From Candidatus Helarchaeota archaeon (GTDB lineage Archaea > Asgardarchaeota > Lokiarchaeia > Helarchaeales > RDOG01), in assembly GCA_019058315.1 (NCBI GenBank), contig JAHPZH010000002.1:813810-877809 (forward strand): a stretch of DNA of 64,000 nucleotides. Direction: 5' to 3'. Positions 17,003-26,278 of the stretch are shown here, in pieces. The notes beneath the pieces were generated by a model. It saw only the letters and a program-made list of their open reading frames with translations, was not told where the DNA came from and did no database searches. Every line of letters starts with the position of its first letter. The stretch's first letter is position 1. Position numbers and translations under genes: made by a program.

Positions 17003-19636
17003 TTATGAATATGGGGATAAATCATCTTTAATAGCTTTGGAAGGTAATTGCTGAATACCAATTATTTTTACTTGCCGACTAAATTCTTCTAAATATTTTT
17101 GAGATAGTGAAGGTTTAATATTTTTTATATGATTTATTAAATCTTCATTTTGAATTAATATTTTAGGATCTTTCGCTAATTTCCTTTGCATTGCATCTTG
17201 AGCTGCTCCTCTAAATACTTTCATGATATCAGCACCCACAAAGAATTTCGACATTTTACTTAATTGATCATAATCTAATTTCTTTTCTATGGGAAAGTTG
17301 GAGGCTAATTTTTGAAAAATTTCGACTCGTTCTTCATGAGTTGGTGGGGGTACGGGTATAATGTATTCAAATGATGAAAGAAGAATATCTCCTATTTTAG
17401 AAAGATCTGAAGTTTCGCATATTAAGATAACCGCAGCTTCTTTTTTGATTTTTTCAAATTCATTAGTAATAAATACGGCAACTTCTCTTGGAATAAGCTC
17501 AAGATTTTGAATTACAATTATACTTGGAGCTACTCTTTCTGCATCGTGTAATAATTCATGAAAATTCTTCCTACTGTCTCTACTGGAAAACCAATTTGTT
17601 AATTCAATTGCGCTAAAAATGAAATAGTTTGCATTAGATTCTTTCAATAAAGCTTTGTAGAGTAAACTTTTTCCAGTTCCAGGAGGTCCAAATAAGATTA
17701 TACCTTTTTTTGCAGGCAATCCATATTCATGTACTTCTTTAGGATGAACTAATGACATTAACAAAGTATTTTTAAAGAATTCTTTAATAGCTCCTAAACC
17801 CCCGATATCATCAAACGAAATTTTTTCAATTCTTTTAATCTGTGTGACGACTCCCCGTCGTTCAAATCGTTCCCTCATTTCTTGAAATGATTTAATATCA
17901 TCTTCGGTTAAATCAGGTTTAATATTTTCTAAATGAGTCAAAATATCTTTCATACTTATTTTTGTAAATTTATTTGTCTTCATAGCTTCTATAGCGACTG
18001 CTCTTTGTGCTGATTCACAGATATATTCTATTTCAGCACCTGTATAACCTTTTGTTTTTCTCGCCAACTCTTCATAATCAATATCCTTTGTGATAGGCAA
18101 ATCTTTTAAATGAACAGCAAATATTTCTTTTCTAGCATGTTCATCAGGAGGAGGTATTGCTATTCTTTCATCAAGTCTTCCCGGTCTTAAGAAAGCTGGA
18201 TCGATATCTTCAGGTCGGTTTGTAGCACCTATTACGAGGACCTGATCATCTTCATTTAATTCTGAAATTTCACTTAATAGAGTTGATATTAGGGTAACTA
18301 AATATGGATGATCTGTTGTTCGGCTTCTTTCAAATGCCAAACCATCAAGTTCATCAAAAAATAAAATGGAGGGAGCATTCATCTTTGCTAAATTAAATAC
18401 ATTTCTTACGTTCTGTTCAGATTCACCAAGCCATTTTGAGAGTATTTCTGGAGCTGATACGTATTGAAAATTTGAATCGGTTGTTGCTGCCAATATCTTC
18501 GCAATGTATGTTTTTCCACATCCTGGAGGGCCAAATAACAAGATGCCTTTTGGTGCTTTTAAATTATATTTGGAAGCCATAGCATTTCCTTTAACGATAT
18601 TTTCAATATTCTGTAATTGTTCTTTAACAGATTCATATCCTCCTAAATCATTCCACGTTAATTTTCTCTCTTGCGATCCTTTATCTAAAGCTCCAAATTT
18701 TCTTGCAGTATTTTCAAATTTTGTTAGAATTGAAGTAGTTATTGATGGATTTATATTCTTTAATGCCTTGTTGAAGTCCTCCATGGTTACTTCAGCTTTA
18801 GCTTTCCATGATCTTTTAATCCAATCAAGCTCAACATTTTGAACCAATCTATTCAAATCATAAATGCTATAATGTTTCGTTTTTTCTGCCAATTCATCAA
18901 AATTAATATCCTTTGAAAGAGGTTTTTCTTTTAATAAATCTTTTAAGATGAGTTTTCTTGCTTCCGTATCTGGAGGATTGACATAAATTACTTCGGAAAT
19001 ATATTCTTGTTTCAATAACATGGGTGAAATTAGATCGGGATTATCAGAAATTCCAATTAATACAACTGGTTTATTAGAATTTTTGATACTATTAATTGCA
19101 TCCATAAGTGAGATCATGGGATCTTGCATTCTAAAAACAGATGTAAAAATATCTCGCTGATCTGCAGCTGGAGCTACTATATCAATTTCTTCCACCATAA
19201 AAATTGTAGGCTCTACACACTCTACTATTTGCGAACTTATAGATTCTACGTTACGTGGATTTAGCTGTATCAATTTAGCCTTGCTTTCTTCTGCGAGAAT
19301 CTGAACCAATTTTGATTTTCCACACCCATCAGGACCGAATAAAATAATTACGGGAAGAGCAGTTACCTTTTTTTCTGGAAATAAAAATGGAATTTGAATA
19401 GTTTCTATTAATTTCATCTTAATATGATCTAACCCCACTATTTCTTTCCATTTTCCTTTAAATTGTAATTTATTAGGATCCAATATATAATCACACTCAT
19501 CATAATTACTTTTTAAGCATAAAGATTCACAAAAATCAGTTTCTAATGCATTTTCCGTTACGCCACATTTAAAAAAAGCTTCTCCAAAGTGAGTTTCTTC
19601 AATTAAATTTGGACATTTTTTCAAAATATAAACCAC
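17003..19636 (-). CDS. Cdc48/VCP-like AAA+ ATPase with three AAA modules and an N-terminal Cys-rich motif
   Basis: Walker A GPDGCGKS, GPPGCGKT, GPPGTGKS; middle module has FFDELD and AFLRPGRLD. Confidence 0.88.
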   Translation of the reverse strand: MVYILKKCPNLIEETHFGEAFFKCGVTENALETDFCESLCLKSNYDECDYILDPNKLQFKGKWKEIVGLDHIKMKLIETIQIPFLFPEKKVTALPVIILFGPDGCGKSKLVQILAEESKAKLIQLNPRNVESISSQIVECVEPTIFMVEEIDIVAPAADQRDIFTSVFRMQDPMISLMDAINSIKNSNKPVVLIGISDNPDLISPMLLKQEYISEVIYVNPPDTEARKLILKDLLKEKPLSKDINFDELAEKTKHYSIYDLNRLVQNVELDWIKRSWKAKAEVTMEDFNKALKNINPSITTSILTKFENTARKFGALDKGSQERKLTWNDLGGYESVKEQLQNIENIVKGNAMASKYNLKAPKGILLFGPPGCGKTYIAKILAATTDSNFQYVSAPEILSKWLGESEQNVRNVFNLAKMNAPSILFFDELDGLAFERSRTTDHPYLVTLISTLLSEISELNEDDQVLVIGATNRPEDIDPAFLRPGRLDERIAIPPPDEHARKEIFAVHLKDLPITKDIDYEELARKTKGYTGAEIEYICESAQRAVAIEAMKTNKFTKISMKDILTHLENIKPDLTEDDIKSFQEMRERFERRGVVTQIKRIEKISFDDIGGLGAIKEFFKNTLLMSLVHPKEVHEYGLPAKKGIILFGPPGTGKSLLYKALLKESNANYFIFSAIELTNWFSSRDSRKNFHELLHDAERVAPSIIVIQNLELIPREVAVFITNEFEKIKKEAAVILICETSDLSKIGDILLSSFEYIIPVPPPTHEERVEIFQKLASNFPIEKKLDYDQLSKMSKFFVGADIMKVFRGAAQDAMQRKLAKDPKILIQNEDLINHIKNIKPSLSQKYLEEFSRQVKIIGIQQLPSKAIKDDLSPYS

Positions 19637-19671
19637 CTTAATAATAGAAGTTCTAACATGTAATTTCTAAA

Positions 19672-20487
19672 TTATTTCTTTTTTCTCTTACTTTTTTTTC
19701 CCTTCTTTTTTGCTTTTGTATTCTTTTTAGATTTTTTGAGTTTGGGAGTTTTTCCTTGTAAATTTTTTAATATTCCATCTACTTTAGCTTGGTCTTTTTC
19801 AAATCCCAATTCCTTATAAATTTGTTTAGATTTAAGCACACAACTCTTTGCCATGGTTTTGTCTTTTTTTTCAAAGAAATATGAACCAAGCTTCATGAAG
19901 AATAAAGCATGATTTGGATTGCATTTTTTATCTTTTAAAAAATTTAAATAAGATCCTGTAAGAAAAATTAAGATATCTAATTCAATCTCTTTATCTTGAT
20001 ATTTTTCTATGAGTTCGCTCATAAATTTTTCAATATAGTCATTTAAAAATTCTTTATTTCCTATAAAATTTTCATAAGAATCAAAAAGTTCGGAAATTTC
20101 ATCTTTAATTTCTTTATATTTTCCTTCCTCTAATAATCCATTGATTTTATGGGTTAGTTTTTGTAATGGGCTAGTTTTTTCTTCCATTTTTTCAATTAAT
20201 TTTTCCTTTAAATTATTTGAAATCAAAGTTCCAGGATATCTTTCAACTAATTGTTTAAAGAGAACGTTGGAAATAATTCCTTTTGAAAGAAAATCCAATT
20301 TAGCTTCACTTTTTAAACTGAATATTTCTGTTGCCCAATTAGTTAAAAAATTGTATATCTCTTCAGGTTCCATGCTTTTATACGCTGCTTTCCACTCGTC
20401 TATAAAGAAAGATTTAGTCTCTATAAGGTCCTCTATCTCCTTTTCAAATCCGGACTTCATTCCAACACTTTTTTCTTCTTCCAACAT
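19672..20487 (-). CDS. Helical hypothetical protein with a TPR-like segment and Lys-rich tail
   Basis: 'ALFFMKLGSYFFEKKDKTMAKSCVLKSKQIY'; C-terminal poly-Lys; co-oriented 35 bp upstream of the AAA gene. Confidence 0.65.
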   Translation of the reverse strand: MLEEEKSVGMKSGFEKEIEDLIETKSFFIDEWKAAYKSMEPEEIYNFLTNWATEIFSLKSEAKLDFLSKGIISNVLFKQLVERYPGTLISNNLKEKLIEKMEEKTSPLQKLTHKINGLLEEGKYKEIKDEISELFDSYENFIGNKEFLNDYIEKFMSELIEKYQDKEIELDILIFLTGSYLNFLKDKKCNPNHALFFMKLGSYFFEKKDKTMAKSCVLKSKQIYKELGFEKDQAKVDGILKNLQGKTPKLKKSKKNTKAKKKGKKSKRKKK

Positions 20488-20653
20488 TTCAAGAACCGTG
20501 TAATTTTAACCTCTTTATTAAATTTAAAGTCATAATTTGCTTCTTAATTTTTCTGTTAATTCTTAATTGTATTTTATTTATGTTATTTGATAAACATTAT
20601 AATTAATTGCATCTTTAAAAAATAATTAATAATATCTTTATAACGGTTTTACA

Positions 20654-21343
20654 ATGGAAGAACTTTTAGGTCTATATTCTATTTTAAAGGCACGAACTCG
20701 TTTTTTTTCTGATGGTTATAATTTAGAAATATCTCAAAATCAAAATAATAAATATGAATTTATGCTAGAATTTACTTCAAGTGGTCAATTTGGTAGTACT
20801 GGCTATATTTGGCAAGGAAAGTGTACATTAGACGAAAAAGAATTAATTTTAAAAGTTGAAAAAAAAACTGATTGGAGAGATTTGGCCGTATCCGATGGAA
20901 GAGAAGAGGATATTTCTGATTCTTCTGAGACTTTTAAAGCAGATATTATTCATACAGAAAAGAATATTGAAATTAAAATTTATAAAGAAGAAAAAAAAAT
21001 ACTATTAAGTAACTTAAAGGGTCTTAATAAAGACGAACTCTATTCGGTCACTTATTGGATAATTGATTCGGTCCTAAAAAAATTTCAATTGGGTAGAAGC
21101 ATGAGTATCCATGATAAAGTACCTCATTGGTCAATAAATGCTCTTCTCATAAAAGATATCACCCCTGTAATATATGAAGGAAATGAAGCTACAGAAATTT
21201 TAGCTGAATTCGACTTATACACAGAAAAAGAACAAAAAAAAGTAAATACTGAGGAATTAAAAAAAGAACATTATAGAGTCAAGGGGATTTTTAATAAAAG
21301 ATATAAGATTTTAAAATTTGATATTATTGAGGGAGAAAAATAA
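20654..21343 (+). CDS. Hypothetical protein
   Basis: 229-aa ORF coupled (TAATG) to the next gene. Confidence 0.6.
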   Translation: MEELLGLYSILKARTRFFSDGYNLEISQNQNNKYEFMLEFTSSGQFGSTGYIWQGKCTLDEKELILKVEKKTDWRDLAVSDGREEDISDSSETFKADIIHTEKNIEIKIYKEEKKILLSNLKGLNKDELYSVTYWIIDSVLKKFQLGRSMSIHDKVPHWSINALLIKDITPVIYEGNEATEILAEFDLYTEKEQKKVNTEELKKEHYRVKGIFNKRYKILKFDIIEGEK

Positions 21344-22203
21344 TGAATCCACTTGTTGGTAAATGGGATTATGTGTGGTGTACGATAAAAAATACATCTG
21401 TCAAAGGTATGATTACATTTAATGATGATGGAACCTTTGCAGCAGAAGTTAAAATGTGGGAAGATCACCCCACTCCCCCAAAATCTGTAATTAAAGGAAC
21501 TTATTCTGTAAAAGGGAACCAAGTTACATATGAAAATCTTGAATTTGATAATGAATGGTATCATCCAAGACCATTTGGAACTTATTTTTTATTAGAAGGA
21601 GAACATCTTTACTTTGCTTTCATTAAGCTAGAAAAAGCGGAAAAAGACTATACAAAGGCAAGGTGGAGATATAAGTTGATCAATAACAAGCTTAAAAGGT
21701 TATTTGATAAAAAATATAAAGATCCTTTGATTTTCGATCATACCCCACCTGAAGGTATTCCGGGATTAAAACTTTACAAAGTTACTGGTATGGATCAAAT
21801 ATTACCGGGAAAACCTATACCCGCAACTAAATATATAGTTACATCTGATTACTCAGCATATAAAGGGGAAGATGTTTTAGATGTCTTGAAAAGGCGTAAA
21901 TTCGTTCCAAAGTCTGATAAAATTGCGTTGAACGCTGCATTTTTTATATTAATTAGTTCATTTGAGGGATTAGCACTTCTTTCTAATCTTTCAGCTAATA
22001 TAATTGAAGATTATCGCAAAAAACACAAAATTAAACCGGAAATTTGGAAAAATTACCTTAAACCAGAGATTTTGAAAAAAGAAAACCATTTTGAAGTAAA
22101 CTTATACGGATATTATAGTATTAAAGGAGCACTTTTTAAATTTATCATAAAAATTGGTGAGGGGATTTATGAATTGAAAAGAGAAATTATTCACAGAGCA
22201 TAA
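21343..22203 (+). CDS. Hypothetical protein with a lipocalin-like N-terminal beta domain
   Basis: 'LVGKW...ITFNDDGTF...GTYSVKGNQV' pattern. Confidence 0.55.
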   Translation: MNPLVGKWDYVWCTIKNTSVKGMITFNDDGTFAAEVKMWEDHPTPPKSVIKGTYSVKGNQVTYENLEFDNEWYHPRPFGTYFLLEGEHLYFAFIKLEKAEKDYTKARWRYKLINNKLKRLFDKKYKDPLIFDHTPPEGIPGLKLYKVTGMDQILPGKPIPATKYIVTSDYSAYKGEDVLDVLKRRKFVPKSDKIALNAAFFILISSFEGLALLSNLSANIIEDYRKKHKIKPEIWKNYLKPEILKKENHFEVNLYGYYSIKGALFKFIIKIGEGIYELKREIIHRA

Positions 22204-22247
22204 AAAAATAAATAATTATGTTAGATAGTTTTATTTACTCAAATTTA

Positions 22248-22781
22248 TCAAGGGGGAATTCCGAATAATCCTTTGGAAGTATCGTAAAACGGTGCAAGAT
22301 AGGGTGGCAGAAACGTAAATAATGCATATAATGCTCCCCAACTAATAATTATTACTAAGCTTAAAATATCCAAGTTTTTAGATAATTCCTTAGAAATTAA
22401 AATCTTATAACTTACATATTGTCCTAAAGCAACAGCAACTACGAATAATGAGATATCATAAATTAAATTAGAACTCCCTGTAATTAATTTGTGTAAGTAA
22501 AAACCTCCCATAATCGTTAAAGGCGAGATTGTAAAGTAAAGTGCTTTGGCGAATAAAAAATTATTCATCTCATCCTTCAAGTATTTGTATTCAATAATGA
22601 AATAAATTATACCTGGAGTATAAGTTAATTTTAGATGTTCCCAGACACTTTCATTCACTGGTAAGAATACGGCTAATGGTAAAAATTTTCCAGTTATATC
22701 AAATAAGGAGTGAAATAGACTTCCAACTAGTGATAAAAATACAATACCAAGTATTTCCCAGTTTAAAATTTGTTTATCCAT
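22248..22781 (-). CDS. Membrane protein (DUF6512-like)
   Basis: 'PVNESVWEHLKL' motif; 5-6 TM. Confidence 0.7.
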   Translation of the reverse strand: MDKQILNWEILGIVFLSLVGSLFHSLFDITGKFLPLAVFLPVNESVWEHLKLTYTPGIIYFIIEYKYLKDEMNNFLFAKALYFTISPLTIMGGFYLHKLITGSSNLIYDISLFVVAVALGQYVSYKILISKELSKNLDILSLVIIISWGALYALFTFLPPYLAPFYDTSKGLFGIPP

Positions 22782-22918
22782 TGTTGTTACCTACTAAGAT
22801 AATGAAAAATTTGTTTAAAAAACAGATTATAGTTACATATTTGAGATCAGTGAAAATATTAATATTGAAATAAGCGTTTTAGTTAAAAAATAAATTGGAA
22901 TCTTATTGGTAAAAAAAA

Positions 22919-23725
22919 TTGAATGCTATAGAGATAGAAAAATTTCAAGAAAAAGTTTTTACTTGGTGGAATGAACATAAACGTGAATTTCCTTGGCGTG
23001 ATACGACAGAGCCTTACAAGATCATGGTGTCTGAATTCATGCTCCAACAAACCCAAACAAATAGGGTAAAAGATATTTATCAAGAGTTTATTATAAAATA
23101 TTCAAGCCTAGAAACCTTGGCAAAAGCAAATGCATCAGATGTGGTGAAATTCTGGTCTCAAAATCGTTTAGGTTATAATCGAAGAGCTTTATGGTTACAT
23201 AAAGCAGCTTTAGAAATAAATAAAATGGAAAATTTTCCCGATTCGATTGAAAAATTACAAAAACTTAAAGGAATTGGACCATACACGTCAAGATCAATAC
23301 TTATATTCGCTTTTAACAAAGATATCGCAACAATTGATACGAATATAAGAAGAATATTGATTGCGGAAGGGTTTGCTGATAATTCAATGAGTGATCGAGA
23401 ATTGTTATTACTAGCTGAAAAATTACTTCCTAAGGGAAAATCCCGAGATTGGCATAATGCGTTGATGGATTACGGAGCATTAGTAAAGACTTCAATAAAA
23501 ACGGGTATAAAACCCAAATCAACGCAATCAAAGTTCAAGGGGTCTAGCCGTCAGTTCAGGGGGCGGATTGTAAGATTTCTTACTAAAAATAAAGAAGCTA
23601 AAAAAGAAGTCATTATCAATAAATGTGAGATTCCTAAAGATAAAGTTGATAAGATTATTTCTTCTCTTGTCAAAGATGGCTTAATAAAACTAAAGAAAAA
23701 GGAAAATACATATTATATTCCTTAA
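22919..23725 (+). CDS. mutY: A/G-specific adenine glycosylase (MutY-like, HhH-GPD) lacking the Fe-S cysteines
   Basis: 'FPWR', 'VSEFMLQQTQ', 'LGYNRRA', HhH 'LKGIGPYT', 'DTNIRR', 'ALMDYGA'. Confidence 0.8.
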   Translation: MNAIEIEKFQEKVFTWWNEHKREFPWRDTTEPYKIMVSEFMLQQTQTNRVKDIYQEFIIKYSSLETLAKANASDVVKFWSQNRLGYNRRALWLHKAALEINKMENFPDSIEKLQKLKGIGPYTSRSILIFAFNKDIATIDTNIRRILIAEGFADNSMSDRELLLLAEKLLPKGKSRDWHNALMDYGALVKTSIKTGIKPKSTQSKFKGSSRQFRGRIVRFLTKNKEAKKEVIINKCEIPKDKVDKIISSLVKDGLIKLKKKENTYYIP

Positions 23726-23755
23726 AATTAAAAAAATACTTAATGAAATAATTCA

Positions 23756-24646
23756 CTAAATATATGCTAATTCTTTAAGCAGTTTCACCGCTTTTAATGC
23801 ACTTTTTTCTTTATCTTTTATCTCCAGCATTATGTCGAGATCAATACCTATAATATCCTTTAAAAACTTTTTAAATAAATTTAAATCAATAGAAGTTATA
23901 TGTTTGCCTTTTTTTTCACCTATTTCTTGAGAGCTATAATCTATCATTAACAAACCATCTTGATCCTTCCAAGTTTCTTTGGCTCTCAAAATAGCTTCCC
24001 TTTGAGATTCTTTATTATTGTTATATTGATGGTGTAATGTGTCAAATATTATAGGTATACCCAGAATTTTGTTTATATCTAAACAATCCTTTATATTATA
24101 AGATCTTTCATCATTTTCAATTACTAATCTCTTTTTAATTGATTTATCTAAGGTTTTATAGACCCTACAAAATCGATCAACCGCTTCTTTTTTATTATTA
24201 TAAACTCCACCAACATGGATTTGAATTTTAGCAGTATTATCAAGCCCCATCGTATCTAAAACGTTTGCATGATAAATTAGATCTTTTATACTTTTATCTA
24301 CCACTGCTTTTTTTAGTGAATTTATCACTATGAATTGATCAGGATGCATGGAAATTCGGATATCATGCTCTTTAATAAATTCCCCTATTTCTTGAAATTG
24401 CCCCCTAAAATGATCTACCCAATTAAATTTACAAATTGGATGAGAAGCGAAAGGAACCGTGTTTGAACTTATTCTAAAAAAGAATATATCATTTTTTACA
24501 TTAAATTTTAATATTTTAAAAAGACAATCTAAATTATTTTTTACTGTATTTTTTAATTTTTCTTCAGAATATGAGGCTAATCTGAAATTTGAGTTAGCTG
24601 TACAACCTATACCCCTATTAATTGTAACATAACCTAATTTCATCAA
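23756..24646 (-). CDS. uvsE: UV DNA damage endonuclease
   Basis: 'FFRISS..VPFASHP', 'RISMHPDQF', 'IQIHVGG', 'LVIENDE', 'FDTLHH', 'MLEIKDKE'. Confidence 0.92.
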   Translation of the reverse strand: MMKLGYVTINRGIGCTANSNFRLASYSEEKLKNTVKNNLDCLFKILKFNVKNDIFFFRISSNTVPFASHPICKFNWVDHFRGQFQEIGEFIKEHDIRISMHPDQFIVINSLKKAVVDKSIKDLIYHANVLDTMGLDNTAKIQIHVGGVYNNKKEAVDRFCRVYKTLDKSIKKRLVIENDERSYNIKDCLDINKILGIPIIFDTLHHQYNNNKESQREAILRAKETWKDQDGLLMIDYSSQEIGEKKGKHITSIDLNLFKKFLKDIIGIDLDIMLEIKDKEKSALKAVKLLKELAYI

Positions 24647-24786
24647 ATTTCAAATATTAAATAGAATATTGAAATAAAATATTGATGATCTTGAACAATT
24701 AGATGCTAAATTCACTATTATATTATTTTTATGAGAGCTGAAGAAGTATAAATTAGAATAATTTATTAATTCATTATTCTAAATGC

Positions 24787-25947
24787 TTAATCTTTGAATG
24801 TATTTTCTTGTTTTATGTTCAATAAAGATTTGAGATCGTCAAGAACTCCAGATATTAATTTTTTTGCATCATTTTTTGTATCTGTTTTTTCAATTTCTTT
24901 TTTTTCTATTAAAATTTCATCCTTAGTTGGGGTTGAACCAGTAAATTTTACCCATTCCCTAATATCATTTATTGATTTCTCGAGAGATTGAAATCGTTGT
25001 TCAATGGTTGTGCTTATCTTATAGAATGTATTTAGAAATTTATCCATTATATTTATAAAAAATTCTATATTTTGGTGTTTATCCGTAGGAAGAACTGTTA
25101 GATAATCTCTAATTTCTTTATACAAACTCTTACCATCGCCAAACCACTTATAAATACTATATGTGATAATCTCATAAGAAAATTTATTTTTTTGGAACAA
25201 TTCATCAACTTTATTCTTTAAATATTGAATATTTTCTTTGATTTCTATATCTCCTTTAAGATCAGGATCATCTTTATGTAATATCACTAAAAATTCTGGA
25301 TTTTCATTTAAACCTATAAGTAGATCGAGGATATCCTTTAAATATATTAAAGATTTCTCAAAATTTGGAGCATCTTGGACATCAATGACATATATAAGTA
25401 TAGAAACATTTAAAAAATATTTTTCTGCATTTTCAAAATAAGCCATTCTATATACATCTTGCCCTCCCATATCCCATATTTGATAAGTAGAATCAAACTT
25501 ATCTAATACTACTCTATTCGCTCCTTTTGTCGGAGATAAATTATTAATCATCTCGAGGTTTGTATTTCCTTGTAAAATACTTAATATGGCTGTTTTTCCA
25601 GCGTTATCGAGCCCAACTATTGATATTTTTTGAGTTTCTAAAAAGTCATCTATCTTTCCTTCAGCAATCATTTTTGAAATAATTATCCAACCATTTAATT
25701 GATGTGGTTGAATTCCCAACGCTTTTAAAACTAATTTGTCTTCTTTAGAAATGTATTTTGAGGAAAGTTGTCTTATTTTCGATATTTTTAATACTTGTTT
25801 TAATATTGCTGCATTTTCTGCACTTAAACTTCTAATATGTGTGAAATCTAAATCTAATATGTCTTGTACTCTTATGGTTTTAGCTGGAATAGTGATGAAC
25901 TTTTCAATTTTTTGCAAAGTTAATGCGTTTTTTATTGAATTTTCCAA
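24787..25947 (-). CDS. Arf-related small GTPase with N-terminal extension and C-terminal coiled coil
   Basis: G1 GLDNAGKT, G2 PTKG, G3 WDMGGQ, G4 HKDD, G5 SIY. Confidence 0.85.
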   Translation of the reverse strand: MENSIKNALTLQKIEKFITIPAKTIRVQDILDLDFTHIRSLSAENAAILKQVLKISKIRQLSSKYISKEDKLVLKALGIQPHQLNGWIIISKMIAEGKIDDFLETQKISIVGLDNAGKTAILSILQGNTNLEMINNLSPTKGANRVVLDKFDSTYQIWDMGGQDVYRMAYFENAEKYFLNVSILIYVIDVQDAPNFEKSLIYLKDILDLLIGLNENPEFLVILHKDDPDLKGDIEIKENIQYLKNKVDELFQKNKFSYEIITYSIYKWFGDGKSLYKEIRDYLTVLPTDKHQNIEFFINIMDKFLNTFYKISTTIEQRFQSLEKSINDIREWVKFTGSTPTKDEILIEKKEIEKTDTKNDAKKLISGVLDDLKSLLNIKQENTFKD

Positions 25948-26278
25948 AAAGTTACACCAAAAATACCAGATAATCGGGTATAAAAGAATAACAGATCATT
26001 TGATTTAAAATTGTTTTATATTTTAAATAATTCTATATTTCATTTTAACAAATATTATAATTTTTATTTAACAGCACTTTTCAAATTTGCAATTTTCTTA
26101 ATTTGGTATAATTTCAATCATATCTGAGGGGGGTAATACTTCGAACAATATTATTATAAAACTGGTTATAATCTATATTATCATTATTGAAAATTAAAAG
26201 TATATTTTAAGTTACAGAAAATAAGTAAAATTAATTATGAAACAGGTTTACGTTTCAAATCAATTGGTGAAATGAAAT

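Noticed and set aside
26238-26257. TGAAAC-N8-GTTTCA inverted repeat upstream of the CocE gene
   Set aside because: Single occurrence with 6-bp arms; not significant
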